From a bacterium (lineage in GTDB: Bacteria; Patescibacteriota; Minisyncoccia; Phycocordibacterales; UBA5272), in assembly GCA_043771335.1 (NCBI GenBank), contig JAYVHM010000007.1, positions 3,625-67,624 of the forward strand: a DNA stretch of 64,000 bases, written 5' to 3'. The position numbers and the translations under genes were made by a program. Numbering within the stretch: the stretch's first letter is position 1; the number at the start of each line of letters is the position of its first letter. This document shows positions 29,387-37,964 of the stretch, piece by piece. The notes beneath the pieces are model-generated. The model ran no database searches, was not told the origin of the DNA, and was given only the letters and a program-made list of their open reading frames with translations.

Positions 29387-29426
29387 AAAAATCCCCCCAG
29401 CCGAAGGCTGGGGGGATTTTTATTTT
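29387..29426 (-). terminator. Rho-independent terminator of efp (palindromic, works on both strands)
   Basis: atccccccagcc-gaag-ggctggggggat hairpin flanked by A and T tracts. Confidence 0.8.
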
Positions 29427-29443
29427 CTAGTTCTTAACCCAAA

Positions 29444-30022
29444 CTAAGCCCTTTCTACGTATTCACTGGTCTCAGTGTTTACGATTATCTTGTCACCAAC
29501 TTCTATAAATAGTGGTGTAGTTACTTTTCCTCCAGTTTCAAGAGTTACGAGCTTGTCGCCACCGCTTGCGGTGTTACCTTTTATTGCTGGCGGAGCATCC
29601 TTAACTTCTAGAGTCATCTTAACTGGTAATTTTATACCGATTATTTTTTCCTCCTCGTCTTCACCCCAAGTTTTTATATCTACTATAGTATTTTCTTTTA
29701 GCCATTTTTCTTGATCACCTATAAGTGTTGCTTCGACGATGTATCTATCTTTTGGATCCTTTGGACTGCAGAACCAAAAACCTTCTTTTGCTTTATATAA
29801 AAACTTACCTTCTTTTCTATATATTTCAGCCTCTTCTACAGTGTCAGACGCATGGAAAGACATAGGGATAACGCGACCGTTAATAAGATTACGTAGCTTT
29901 ACTGCATTTTGAGGTTTTCTTTTTTGTGTGCGAGCCACATGTGATTCTAGAACCTCATAAGGCTCCTCATTATGTATTATAAATTTTTTTGGTTTTACTT
30001 CTGAATAGTCTAATATTGCCAT
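29444..30022 (-). CDS. efp: Elongation factor P
   Basis: Aligns across all three EF-P domains, C-terminal KGNTASGG..GGKV..PLFIEVGD..V.T..EY. Confidence 0.85.
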   Translation of the reverse strand: MAILDYSEVKPKKFIIHNEEPYEVLESHVARTQKRKPQNAVKLRNLINGRVIPMSFHASDTVEEAEIYRKEGKFLYKAKEGFWFCSPKDPKDRYIVEATLIGDQEKWLKENTIVDIKTWGEDEEEKIIGIKLPVKMTLEVKDAPPAIKGNTASGGDKLVTLETGGKVTTPLFIEVGDKIIVNTETSEYVERA

Positions 30023-30286
30023 ATGTTTATTTTTTATTATGTGAATATTATATCACAAAAGTTATTTTTATGGTAATATAAAAAGAAATATGGAAATTTT
30101 ACAAAATCCTACTTTACAAATACCGATATTTGTAATCAGCTTACCTAAAAGCTTAAAAAAAGAAAGTATGGAAAAGTAATTTTCTTTAACTTCTCTTAAT
30201 TTTGAATATTCCAAAATCACAGAAATCAGAGACTTGTAAAAATAAAATAATCAAAAAAAGAAATGGTGTTACACTTAATATTTATA

Positions 30287-30295
30287 TGTTATAAT
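30287..30295 (+). promoter_or_regulatory. TGTTATAAT extended -10 element upstream of pheT
   Basis: tgttataat, 36 nt upstream of ATG. Confidence 0.5.
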
Positions 30296-30330
30296 GCAGA
30301 GTAATATATAAAATAAATTAACAAAATAGT

Positions 30331-32805
30331 ATGAAATATTCAAAAAAATGGCTACAAGAATATATAGAAGAAACATTGCCAACAGATGAGGATGTGGAAA
30401 AAGCTTTGAATGCAAAAGCTTTTGAAGTAGAGGGAGTAGAGCATGTCGAGAGTGATAGTATTTTTGATATAAAAGTTCTGCCAAATAGAGCTCATGATGC
30501 GCTCGGTCACATAGGCATGGCACGTGAATTATCTGCTTGCCTTAATTTTACTTTTAACAATAAAATAGAAAAAGAAATAGAAGGAATAAAAAATAAAATC
30601 CTCGATAAGGAAAATGCTTTTGAAATAGCAGGCAAGAGAATAAATAAGACAGATAAAAAAATATCAGTAGACGTTGCAGATGAAAAAGCTTGCAGTAGAT
30701 TCATTACCATTAGAATAGATGGAGTAAAAGTTGGTGCTACTCCAGACTTTATAAAAACAGCCCTGAATAATATAGGTCAAAAAAGCATAAATAATATTGT
30801 CGACATTACTAATTATGTGCAATTCGTCCTGAATAAGCCAATGCATGCTTATGACGCTAATAATATTGAGAGTGGAATAATAGTTAGATACGCAGAAGAT
30901 GGAGAAAAGTTAGTAACGCTAGATGATAAGGAATTAATTCTAGATGAGAAAACTTTGGTAATAGCAGATCATAAAAAAGTCTTGGGACTCGCTGGTATAA
31001 AAGGTGGTAAATACTCTGGAGTGAGCGCAGATACTACGAGTATAATAATAGAAAGTGCGAATTTTGAACCGGTACTAATAAGAAAAACTAGTCAAAAATA
31101 TAATCTTAAAACAGATGCCAGTAAAAGATTTGAGAATGGTATATCAGATCAATTAATAGAAGATGGATTATATTACACATTAAAGTTAATTTTAGAAAAT
31201 TGTGCCAACGGTGAAGATGTTAAAGTCTCAGAAGTTACAGATGTTTTTAACAATAAAAAGAAAAATAAATATTTTATAGGTGTAACTCAAAATGAAATCA
31301 ATACTGTTCTGGGTAGTAATTTTGATAAAGCAGAAATAGAAAATACTTTTAAAAGATTAGGTTTTGAATATGAAGAGATAAATACTTTAGATTTTATTAA
31401 AAACAATATAGAAAAAGTAATGAGTGCAGAGTATAAAAATCCTTCTAATGTACAAAATGATGCACCAGAGTATTTCTCTTGTTCCTCACTTGTTTCTTAT
31501 TTATTTAGGGGTATCTGGTTACCTTCATTATCAATAGATAAATATGTTTTTTGTAAAAAAATAAGTGAGAGTGAAAATATTGAGGATTTAGAAAAAGATA
31601 ATATATTAAAATATGGTGACCTGATATTCGCAAATACTGGTGAAGGAAAAATAAGATATGAGAGTGTAGAATATATGCGTGGTACAAAAGTAGAAGCAGG
31701 CGCAGACCATGTTGGTATTTATATTGGTGAAGGAAAAGTATTACATGCTACAAAAGTTAAGGGTAGAGTAGCGATAGAAAGTATTGCTGATTTTAAAAAT
31801 GGTAGAAAGATTGTAGGTGTAGGTAGAGTGTCTGAAAACCTCGAAGAGAAAAGGTATATAGTGTATGTTCCGCATGAGAGACTGGATCTTAAAATAAAAG
31901 AAAATATAATAGAGGAGGTGGGGAGGATAATAGGCTATGATAAATTAATACCAACACTGCCAAAACTCATAAATGAAATAGGAGAGCAAAAAACAGGAAT
32001 CATAAACAAAGAATTATATTATCAAAATGTAATTAAAAATATCTTATTTAAAAATAATTATTCAGAAGTGATGGGTTATTCTTTTGTAGAAAAGGGTGAA
32101 GTGTCACTGTTAAAAGCAGCCAGTACCAAAAATAAACTTCGCACAAATATAAGTAATGGCATGATTGAGAGTGTGCAGAAAAATATAAATAATATGCCAC
32201 TGCTACAGATAGATACTGTAAAGGTATTTGAATTTGGAAAAGTTTTTGATAATGAAGGTGAACATTTTAATCTTTGCATTGCTTGTGATGATGGGAAAAA
32301 GAAAAGTAATTTTGCTGAAAATGTAGATCTTGTGCTTGGTGAAATAAAAAGTAATTTAAAGCTTGAGAAAATAGAATATGAAGTAAAAAATGTAAAGCCT
32401 TATATAATAGAAATTGATTTTGATAATATGTTAAGTAGTCTTAATGCAGAAACCGAAAATATCTTTTTATCAGGTGAATACACAAATAAAAATATTAAGT
32501 ATAAATCATTTAGCCAAATGCCATTTATTATTCGTGACGTAGCTTTTTGGATTGAGGAGAGTAATGAATTATTAAAAAACAAAGATAGTATTTCAGAAAT
32601 GATAAAAGAGAATGCAGGAGACCTGTGTATGGAAGTGGTAAAATTTGATGAATTCAAAAAAGAAATAGATGGAGTACAAAAAATATCTTTAGGATACAGA
32701 TTAATATACCAGTCTTTTGAAAAGACGTTAACTGACGAAGAGGTGAATGTTCAAAGTGATAAAGTTTATGAAAAGCTAAAAGAAATCGGCTTGGAAATAA
32801 GATAG
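30331..32805 (+). CDS. pheT: Phenylalanyl-tRNA synthetase beta subunit, lacking N-terminal OB tRNA-binding domain, with NlpC/P60-like domain inserted in B5
   Basis: N-terminus MKYSKKWLQEYIE, B3/4, B5 (LGF..VYVPHERLDL..IEEVGRIIGYD), catalytic-like and C-terminal FDX-ACB-like regions; residues about 351-508 match NlpC/P60 motifs. Confidence 0.9.
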   Translation: MKYSKKWLQEYIEETLPTDEDVEKALNAKAFEVEGVEHVESDSIFDIKVLPNRAHDALGHIGMARELSACLNFTFNNKIEKEIEGIKNKILDKENAFEIAGKRINKTDKKISVDVADEKACSRFITIRIDGVKVGATPDFIKTALNNIGQKSINNIVDITNYVQFVLNKPMHAYDANNIESGIIVRYAEDGEKLVTLDDKELILDEKTLVIADHKKVLGLAGIKGGKYSGVSADTTSIIIESANFEPVLIRKTSQKYNLKTDASKRFENGISDQLIEDGLYYTLKLILENCANGEDVKVSEVTDVFNNKKKNKYFIGVTQNEINTVLGSNFDKAEIENTFKRLGFEYEEINTLDFIKNNIEKVMSAEYKNPSNVQNDAPEYFSCSSLVSYLFRGIWLPSLSIDKYVFCKKISESENIEDLEKDNILKYGDLIFANTGEGKIRYESVEYMRGTKVEAGADHVGIYIGEGKVLHATKVKGRVAIESIADFKNGRKIVGVGRVSENLEEKRYIVYVPHERLDLKIKENIIEEVGRIIGYDKLIPTLPKLINEIGEQKTGIINKELYYQNVIKNILFKNNYSEVMGYSFVEKGEVSLLKAASTKNKLRTNISNGMIESVQKNINNMPLLQIDTVKVFEFGKVFDNEGEHFNLCIACDDGKKKSNFAENVDLVLGEIKSNLKLEKIEYEVKNVKPYIIEIDFDNMLSSLNAETENIFLSGEYTNKNIKYKSFSQMPFIIRDVAFWIEESNELLKNKDSISEMIKENAGDLCMEVVKFDEFKKEIDGVQKISLGYRLIYQSFEKTLTDEEVNVQSDKVYEKLKEIGLEIR

Positions 32806-32811
32806 AAAATG

Positions 32812-32820
32812 TGTTATAAT
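32812..32820 (+). promoter_or_regulatory. TGTTATAAT extended -10 element upstream of tRNA-Ser fragment
   Basis: tgttataat. Confidence 0.45.
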
Positions 32821-32849
32821 AGATTAAATTAAAAAATATTTTTTAATTT

Positions 32850-32898
32850 GGAGACATGGCTGAGTGGCAACTAAAAGTAGCGGCACCTCAGTGGTGAG
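32850..32898 (+). repeat. Truncated duplicate of the 5' half of tRNA-Ser(GCT)
   Basis: ggagacatggctgagtgg..ggcacctca matches ggagacgtggctgagtgg..ggcacctca of the intact gene 56 nt downstream; no T-arm or 3' acceptor. Confidence 0.7.
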
Positions 32899-32905
32899 TA
32901 TAATA

Positions 32906-32991
32906 GGAGACGTGGCTGAGTGGTCTAAGGCACCTCACTGCTAACGAGGCGACCCGTCAACGGTCCGAGGGTTCGACTCCCTCCGTCTCCG
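32906..32991 (+). tRNA. tRNA-Ser (GCT), type II
   Basis: Acceptor ggagacg/cgtctcc, anticodon loop ctGCTaa, long variable arm, T-loop ttcgact; -10 tataat 7 nt upstream. Confidence 0.85.
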
Positions 32992-33006
32992 CTGAAAACA
33001 AATTTC

Positions 33007-33774
33007 ATGAACCTAATTTTAAATAAAGATTTGGCTAAGGACTACAGTAATCTTTCTCAAAAAGCTAGAGTAATGACAGAAGACTGGGTTTTGAACGAAA
33101 TATATTGCCCAAGTTGTGGCACTGTTATTTATAGTTATATAAATAACAAACCAGTCGCAGACTTCTATTGTAAAAAATGTTTAGAGGATTTTGAGTTAAA
33201 ATCTAAACAAGATAAAATTGGGTCTAAGGTTTCCGCAGGAGCTTATTCAAAAATGATTGAGAGAATTAATTCCAAAGAAAAACCAAATTTTTTCTTTATG
33301 AGTTATTTATTAAAAGTTTCAAGTGTTAATGATTTTTTTATTGTCCCGAAACATTTTTTTATACCTGAGATAATTGAGCAAAGAAAGCCACTAGCAGAAA
33401 GTGCTAGGCGAGCTGGTTGGATAGGTTCAAATATTTTATTCTCAAAAATACCGAAAGCTGGGCAAATTTTTTATGTAGAAAATGGTAAAATTTTTGATAA
33501 AAAAGAGGTTTTAGAAAAATGGCAAAAAACATTGTTTTTGAAAGAAGTAAAGAAGCCTGAAGCTAGAGGATGGATTTTAGATGTTATGAACTGTATAGAC
33601 TCTCTAAACAAGAAAGAGTTTACGTTGAAAGAAATTTATGAATTTGAAAAAGATTTATTAAATATACACCCTAAAAATAAAAATATTAAACCAAAAATTA
33701 GACAGCAGTTACAATTTTTAAGAGATAAAGGTTATTTAGAGTTTTTAGAGCCAGGTAAATATAAATTAAAATAG
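33007..33774 (+). CDS. DpnI-like methyl-directed (Type IIM) restriction endonuclease
   Basis: Near full-length similarity to R.DpnI: SQKARILTEDWV..YCP.CG, RPVADFYC..C.EEFELKSK, NPNFFF, RKPLA..ARRAGWIG.NI, KIRQQLQ.LRDK. Confidence 0.85.
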   Translation: MNLILNKDLAKDYSNLSQKARVMTEDWVLNEIYCPSCGTVIYSYINNKPVADFYCKKCLEDFELKSKQDKIGSKVSAGAYSKMIERINSKEKPNFFFMSYLLKVSSVNDFFIVPKHFFIPEIIEQRKPLAESARRAGWIGSNILFSKIPKAGQIFYVENGKIFDKKEVLEKWQKTLFLKEVKKPEARGWILDVMNCIDSLNKKEFTLKEIYEFEKDLLNIHPKNKNIKPKIRQQLQFLRDKGYLEFLEPGKYKLK

Positions 33775-33798
33775 TAAAAACCATGTTAAAATAGATGT

Positions 33799-34263
33799 AT
33801 GAAAATACACGAATTGGGGCATGTTGTTTTTTATGTTAGTAATTTAAAAACCTTAGCAGATTTTTATAAAAATACTTTAGGATTTAATGAGATACACAGA
33901 GACACGCATACTGCGTTATTTTCTTCTGGACGCACTCATCATGAATTACTACTAATTGAAATTGGCGGTGTCACAAAAAATATTAATAATCTGGGGGAAG
34001 GTACACATAAAATACCAGAGACAGGCCTGTATCATATTGGTTTTAAAATAGGGGATACTGATGAAGAGTTAAAAGATGCAATAAAAGAGTTAGCAGAAAA
34101 AGGCGTAAAGATAACTGGCTCAGCTAATCATCACGTCACTCATAGTCTGTATATAATGGATCCAGATGGTAATGAGCTCGAGCTGTATGTTGATGTCGAT
34201 GAATCATGGAAAAATGATAAATCTAAGATAGTAAAAAGGGCAGAAAGATTAGTTTTGGATTAA
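33799..34263 (+). CDS. VOC (glyoxalase/bleomycin-resistance/dioxygenase) family protein
   Basis: HVVFYV..L..FY...LGF, Y..DPDGNELEL motifs. Confidence 0.7.
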   Translation: MKIHELGHVVFYVSNLKTLADFYKNTLGFNEIHRDTHTALFSSGRTHHELLLIEIGGVTKNINNLGEGTHKIPETGLYHIGFKIGDTDEELKDAIKELAEKGVKITGSANHHVTHSLYIMDPDGNELELYVDVDESWKNDKSKIVKRAERLVLD

Positions 34264-34302
34264 AGGGGCTGCGGACTAGTATTTCCCATATTCTCTTGTT
34301 TA

Positions 34303-34311
34303 TGTTATAAT
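34303..34311 (+). promoter_or_regulatory. TGTTATAAT extended -10 element upstream of tRNA-Ile/murB/murA
   Basis: tgttataat 40 nt upstream of tRNA-Ile. Confidence 0.5.
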
Positions 34312-34350
34312 GTTTCTCATACACATACCTCTGCTGAGGCGTGTGTATAT

Positions 34351-34426
34351 GCGCGAATAGCTCAGCTGGTAGAGCACTCGACTGATACTCGAGCGGTCCT
34401 AAGTTCGAATCTTAGTTCGCGCACCA
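34351..34426 (+). tRNA. tRNA-Ile (GAT), CCA encoded
   Basis: Acceptor gcgcgaa/ttcgcgc, anticodon loop ctGATac, T-loop ttcgaat. Confidence 0.85.
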
Positions 34427-34428
34427 TT

Positions 34429-35511
34429 GTGAAAATTCTAGAAAATATAGAATTAAAAAAATACAGTACATTTTATGTGGGTGGCGTGTGTAAATACTTT
34501 ATAGAAATAAATAACAGAGAAGATATTGTTAATGCTTTTGATTTTATAAAATTAAAAAAAGAAGAAATAGAAATAGATGATTTTTACATATTAGGCATGG
34601 GCTCTAATACTATATTTTCTAATAATTTACACAGAACATGTATTTTAAAAATTAATATAAAAAATGAAAATAGTTTTGAAATAATAAATAATTCAAATCT
34701 CGAAAATAGAAATCTAGATGAAAATGTCTATGTAAAAGCTAATTCTGCTGAAGTTTGGGATGACCTAGTTTTATTTTCTTGTGAGAGTGGTTATTGTGGG
34801 CTAGAAAATCTATCTTATATACCGGGTCATGTCGGCGCTGCGCCAGTGCAGAATATAGGAGCATATGGAGTAGAAGCAAAAGATCTAATCAAGAATGTAG
34901 AAGTTTATAATGTAGAAAAAAACATTTTTGAAATACTAGAAAATAATCTATTAAATAATATAGAAGAAAATAATTTAGAATTTGAATATAGGGATAGTCT
35001 TTTTAAGAAAAATAAAAATAAATATGTGATATTAAGCGTAACTTTTCTTTTAAATAAAAATAAAAATAATCCTGATTCTAAATACGAAGGCTTAGATATT
35101 TTAGAATCAGATAGTCTGTTAGAGATTAGGAATAAAATAATAAATATTCGAAAAAGTAAATTACCAGAATGGAAAGATGTACCTAATTGTGGATCATTTT
35201 TCAAAAACCCTATAATTACAAAAGAGGAATTAGATTTTATTTTAAGTAAAAATAAAAGTATAAAATATTTTGAAGTTATATGTAAACAAGAAATAAAATA
35301 CAAGCTGTCAGCAGCCCAAATAATAGATTCCCTCAATATAAAAGGCTTAGAAATCGGCGGGGCAAAAGTGAGTCCTCGTCATGCATTAATAATTATAAAT
35401 GAAAACAAGGAAGCAACTTTTCAAGATGTTTATGATTTAAGTGAAGACATCTTAAGTAAAGTAACTAGCTTTTATAATATAATTTTAGAGAGAGAAGTTA
35501 ATATGTTATAA
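34429..35511 (+). CDS. murB: UDP-N-acetylenolpyruvoylglucosamine reductase MurB (GTG start 2 nt after tRNA-Ile)
   Basis: L..YSTF.VGG N-terminus (FAD-binding), IPGHVGAAPVQNIGAYG, C-terminal MurB domain. Confidence 0.85.
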   Translation: MKILENIELKKYSTFYVGGVCKYFIEINNREDIVNAFDFIKLKKEEIEIDDFYILGMGSNTIFSNNLHRTCILKINIKNENSFEIINNSNLENRNLDENVYVKANSAEVWDDLVLFSCESGYCGLENLSYIPGHVGAAPVQNIGAYGVEAKDLIKNVEVYNVEKNIFEILENNLLNNIEENNLEFEYRDSLFKKNKNKYVILSVTFLLNKNKNNPDSKYEGLDILESDSLLEIRNKIINIRKSKLPEWKDVPNCGSFFKNPIITKEELDFILSKNKSIKYFEVICKQEIKYKLSAAQIIDSLNIKGLEIGGAKVSPRHALIIINENKEATFQDVYDLSEDILSKVTSFYNIILEREVNML

Positions 35512-35526
35512 TGGTTTTAATAAAAC

Positions 35527-36873
35527 ATGCAAAAATTTAGAGTAACAGGGGGCAAAGAATTAAGTGGTATTATAGAGCCACAGGGGTCTAAAAATGAAGC
35601 TTTGCAAATAGTTGCCAGTAGTATAATAGTGCAAAAATTAAAAATAATAAATTGCCCAAATATTTTAGACATTAGGAATCTTTTAATCATTTTAGAAAAT
35701 GCAGGCTCAAAAATAAAATGGGAAAAACAAAATAATAAAAATATTTTATATATAGACACCACAAAAATAGATTTTGAATATTTTAAAAGTGATGAATATT
35801 TGAAATTATCAGAAAAACTTCGTGGGTCATTAATGCTTATCGGTCCATTGCTATCCCGCTTTGGAAAAGCCTACATTCCAAGTGTTGGTGGCGATAAGAT
35901 AGGTAAGAGACCGATTGACACACACATTAACGGATTCTTAAAAGTAGGAGCCAGTATACAAAAAGACGAAAGAGGTTTTGAGTATTTGGAACTTTTAGAA
36001 AATAATATAAAAAAAGACAGACAGATAATCTTAGAAGAGCCATCAGTAACAGGCACGGCAAATATTATTTTTGCTTTAACTAAGAAAATAAATAAAGTAG
36101 ATGGACTTGTAAAAAACATCTCTTTGTATAATGCTGCTTGCGAGACATACGTGTCACAATTAGTCTCTCTTTTAAATAAATCAGGAATGAATATACTGGG
36201 TATCGGTTCTAATCTTTTAAATATAAATGGAGACATGCAAAATATTTTTGAGACAGAAATAGAGCATACAGTGCTTCCTGATTTTATAGAAGTAGCTAGC
36301 TTTATCTCTCTTGCTATGGCGACCAAAAGTGAAATCACGATAAAGAATGCTGGAGTTGCTAATCTCGACATGACTATTAAAATGTTTGAAAAGTTAGGTT
36401 GTAGATTTGAGATTATAGGTGATGATATAAAAGTTCTGAAACAAGAAAGTTACACAATACAAAAGATGCATGACGGTAGCATGATGACAATATACAGTGC
36501 ACCATGGCCTATGGTAAGTCCAGACATATTAAGTGTGGGAATAGTGGCTGCATTACAGTCAGAGGGGTCAGTGCTTTTTCATGAGAAGATGTATGAAGCT
36601 AGGATGTTTTTTGTAGACAAGTTAGTGGCTATGAATGGTAGTATAGTCCTGTGTGACCCACATCGAGTAGTGGTGAATGGTAATAACTGGAAAGAAAGAT
36701 TGTTGGCTCGGAACATGACGAGCCCTGACATACGTGCGGGTATCGCCCTACTCATCGCCGCCCTCGGCGCTGGTGGGATCAGTGTAATAGATAATGTAGA
36801 TCAGATAGATAGAGGATATGAGAACATAGAAATGCGCCTCGCTGCGCTCGGCGCAGATATTGTGAGGGTATAA
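35527..36873 (+). CDS. murA: UDP-N-acetylglucosamine 1-carboxyvinyltransferase MurA
   Basis: RVTGGKELSG.I...GSKNEALQI N-terminus, EPT-fold repeats, 448 aa. Confidence 0.9.
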   Translation: MQKFRVTGGKELSGIIEPQGSKNEALQIVASSIIVQKLKIINCPNILDIRNLLIILENAGSKIKWEKQNNKNILYIDTTKIDFEYFKSDEYLKLSEKLRGSLMLIGPLLSRFGKAYIPSVGGDKIGKRPIDTHINGFLKVGASIQKDERGFEYLELLENNIKKDRQIILEEPSVTGTANIIFALTKKINKVDGLVKNISLYNAACETYVSQLVSLLNKSGMNILGIGSNLLNINGDMQNIFETEIEHTVLPDFIEVASFISLAMATKSEITIKNAGVANLDMTIKMFEKLGCRFEIIGDDIKVLKQESYTIQKMHDGSMMTIYSAPWPMVSPDILSVGIVAALQSEGSVLFHEKMYEARMFFVDKLVAMNGSIVLCDPHRVVVNGNNWKERLLARNMTSPDIRAGIALLIAALGAGGISVIDNVDQIDRGYENIEMRLAALGADIVRV

Positions 36874-36895
36874 TCTTATATTTATAAACGAAAAC

Positions 36896-36921
36896 AAAAA
36901 CACGCAATCATGCGTGTTTTT
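36896..36921 (+). terminator. Bidirectional rho-independent terminator between murA and tRNA-Arg
   Basis: aaaaacacgca-atca-tgcgtgttttt. Confidence 0.75.
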
Positions 36922-36924
36922 CTA

Positions 36925-36999
36925 TGGTGTCCCCGCTAGGAATCGGACCTAGATCTAGAGCTTAGAAGGCTCTCGTTCTATCCATTGAACTACGGGGAC
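36925..36999 (-). tRNA. tRNA-Arg (TCT), CCA encoded
   Basis: Reverse complement folds: acceptor gtccccg/cggggac, anticodon loop ctTCTaa. Confidence 0.8.
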
Positions 37000-37091
37000 A
37001 AATGGATAAGATACATAATAACATAAAACTCGGAATAAATAAAGAGCAAAAACAACATAACTTAGTTATTTTTATGTGATATAATTTATCT

Positions 37092-37913
37092 ATGATAAAT
37101 CCAAGTGTTAAGAAAAGTGAACCAAGAGAAAGTGTGCAGCTGTCTTTAGGTAATGACTTTGATGTTCTACATAAAGTAAATCGTGGTCATGTCGAGTCTA
37201 TGCATCCTGTATATCAGGCGGCACACGCAAAGGCTGTGTCTATTGTAGGAGGGAATAGGATACATTTAGATGATTTTCATTATGTTGATACAGAAAGAGA
37301 TAAGCAGGCTGTAATAGATAGATATAAAGAAATAAATTCTAAAACTTTATTTAAAGAGGGCGAAGTTGAGGCGTTAGTTCAGGCAGAAATTTTAGAGGCA
37401 ATGATTTATGATTTAGTTAAAAATTATGGATGGTTTGGGAAGAACACTAGTGCAATATTACCATCATCTTATGATGATCTGTTTTTAGGTAATGATATGA
37501 TTTTAGAGCATAGTAGCGGAGACTTTACTTCTTATTCTGGAGTAGGGATAGATATAACAATAGGTGAAAGTTCTTTTATGAAAAAAATAGAAGATACTAA
37601 AAGAAGGATTTCAAAAGGTCAATTAGGAAAAGTTAAGTATTTCAAATCAAGAGACGCTAATTATTCAGGTGAACTTAATAATATACCACACTTTGTAATA
37701 GGCGTAGACAGGGACCATATGTTTAGCCTTGCAAGATCTTGGGCTGAAGGCAGAGAAGATTCAATAAAAAAATCACCAGCAAGAAAAAATATTATTTTAA
37801 TGATGATTGCAGAGTGTGATGAATTTTCAAAAAATGCAAATCAAAATATAAAAGATGCTTATGCAAGAGAAAAAAGAATTTTAGAAAAAGTACTCTTAGA
37901 TATAAGTAAATAG
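37092..37913 (+). CDS. Hypothetical protein
   Basis: 273-aa ORF with typical codon usage; no recognised motif. Confidence 0.5.
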   Translation: MINPSVKKSEPRESVQLSLGNDFDVLHKVNRGHVESMHPVYQAAHAKAVSIVGGNRIHLDDFHYVDTERDKQAVIDRYKEINSKTLFKEGEVEALVQAEILEAMIYDLVKNYGWFGKNTSAILPSSYDDLFLGNDMILEHSSGDFTSYSGVGIDITIGESSFMKKIEDTKRRISKGQLGKVKYFKSRDANYSGELNNIPHFVIGVDRDHMFSLARSWAEGREDSIKKSPARKNIILMMIAECDEFSKNANQNIKDAYAREKRILEKVLLDISK

Positions 37914-37964
37914 TTTAATTGGTATTGTTTTATCTAAATAATTTTTATGCTATAATATAAGCAT

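Noticed and set aside
29444-30022. Unusual EF-P loop (KRKPQ instead of KPGKG) as a modification-system clue
   Set aside because: Alignment of the loop is ambiguous by eye and a Lys is still present; it cannot be supported without a proper alignment.
30275-30846. Several 60-82 aa antisense ORFs within pheT and its promoter region
   Set aside because: Typical AT-rich antisense noise inside a well-supported gene.
31381-31854. Intein or mobile intron as explanation for the PheT insertion
   Set aside because: No Hint/LAGLIDADG motifs and no Cys/Ser...His-Asn splice junctions; the segment has clear NlpC/P60 catalytic motifs and host-like composition, so it is an in-frame domain insertion.
34318-34350. 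Imperfect inverted repeat (atacacat..gtgtgtat) between promoter and tRNA-Ile
   Set aside because: Only 7 of 8 pairs with no flanking T tract; could be chance. Not called as a regulatory element.
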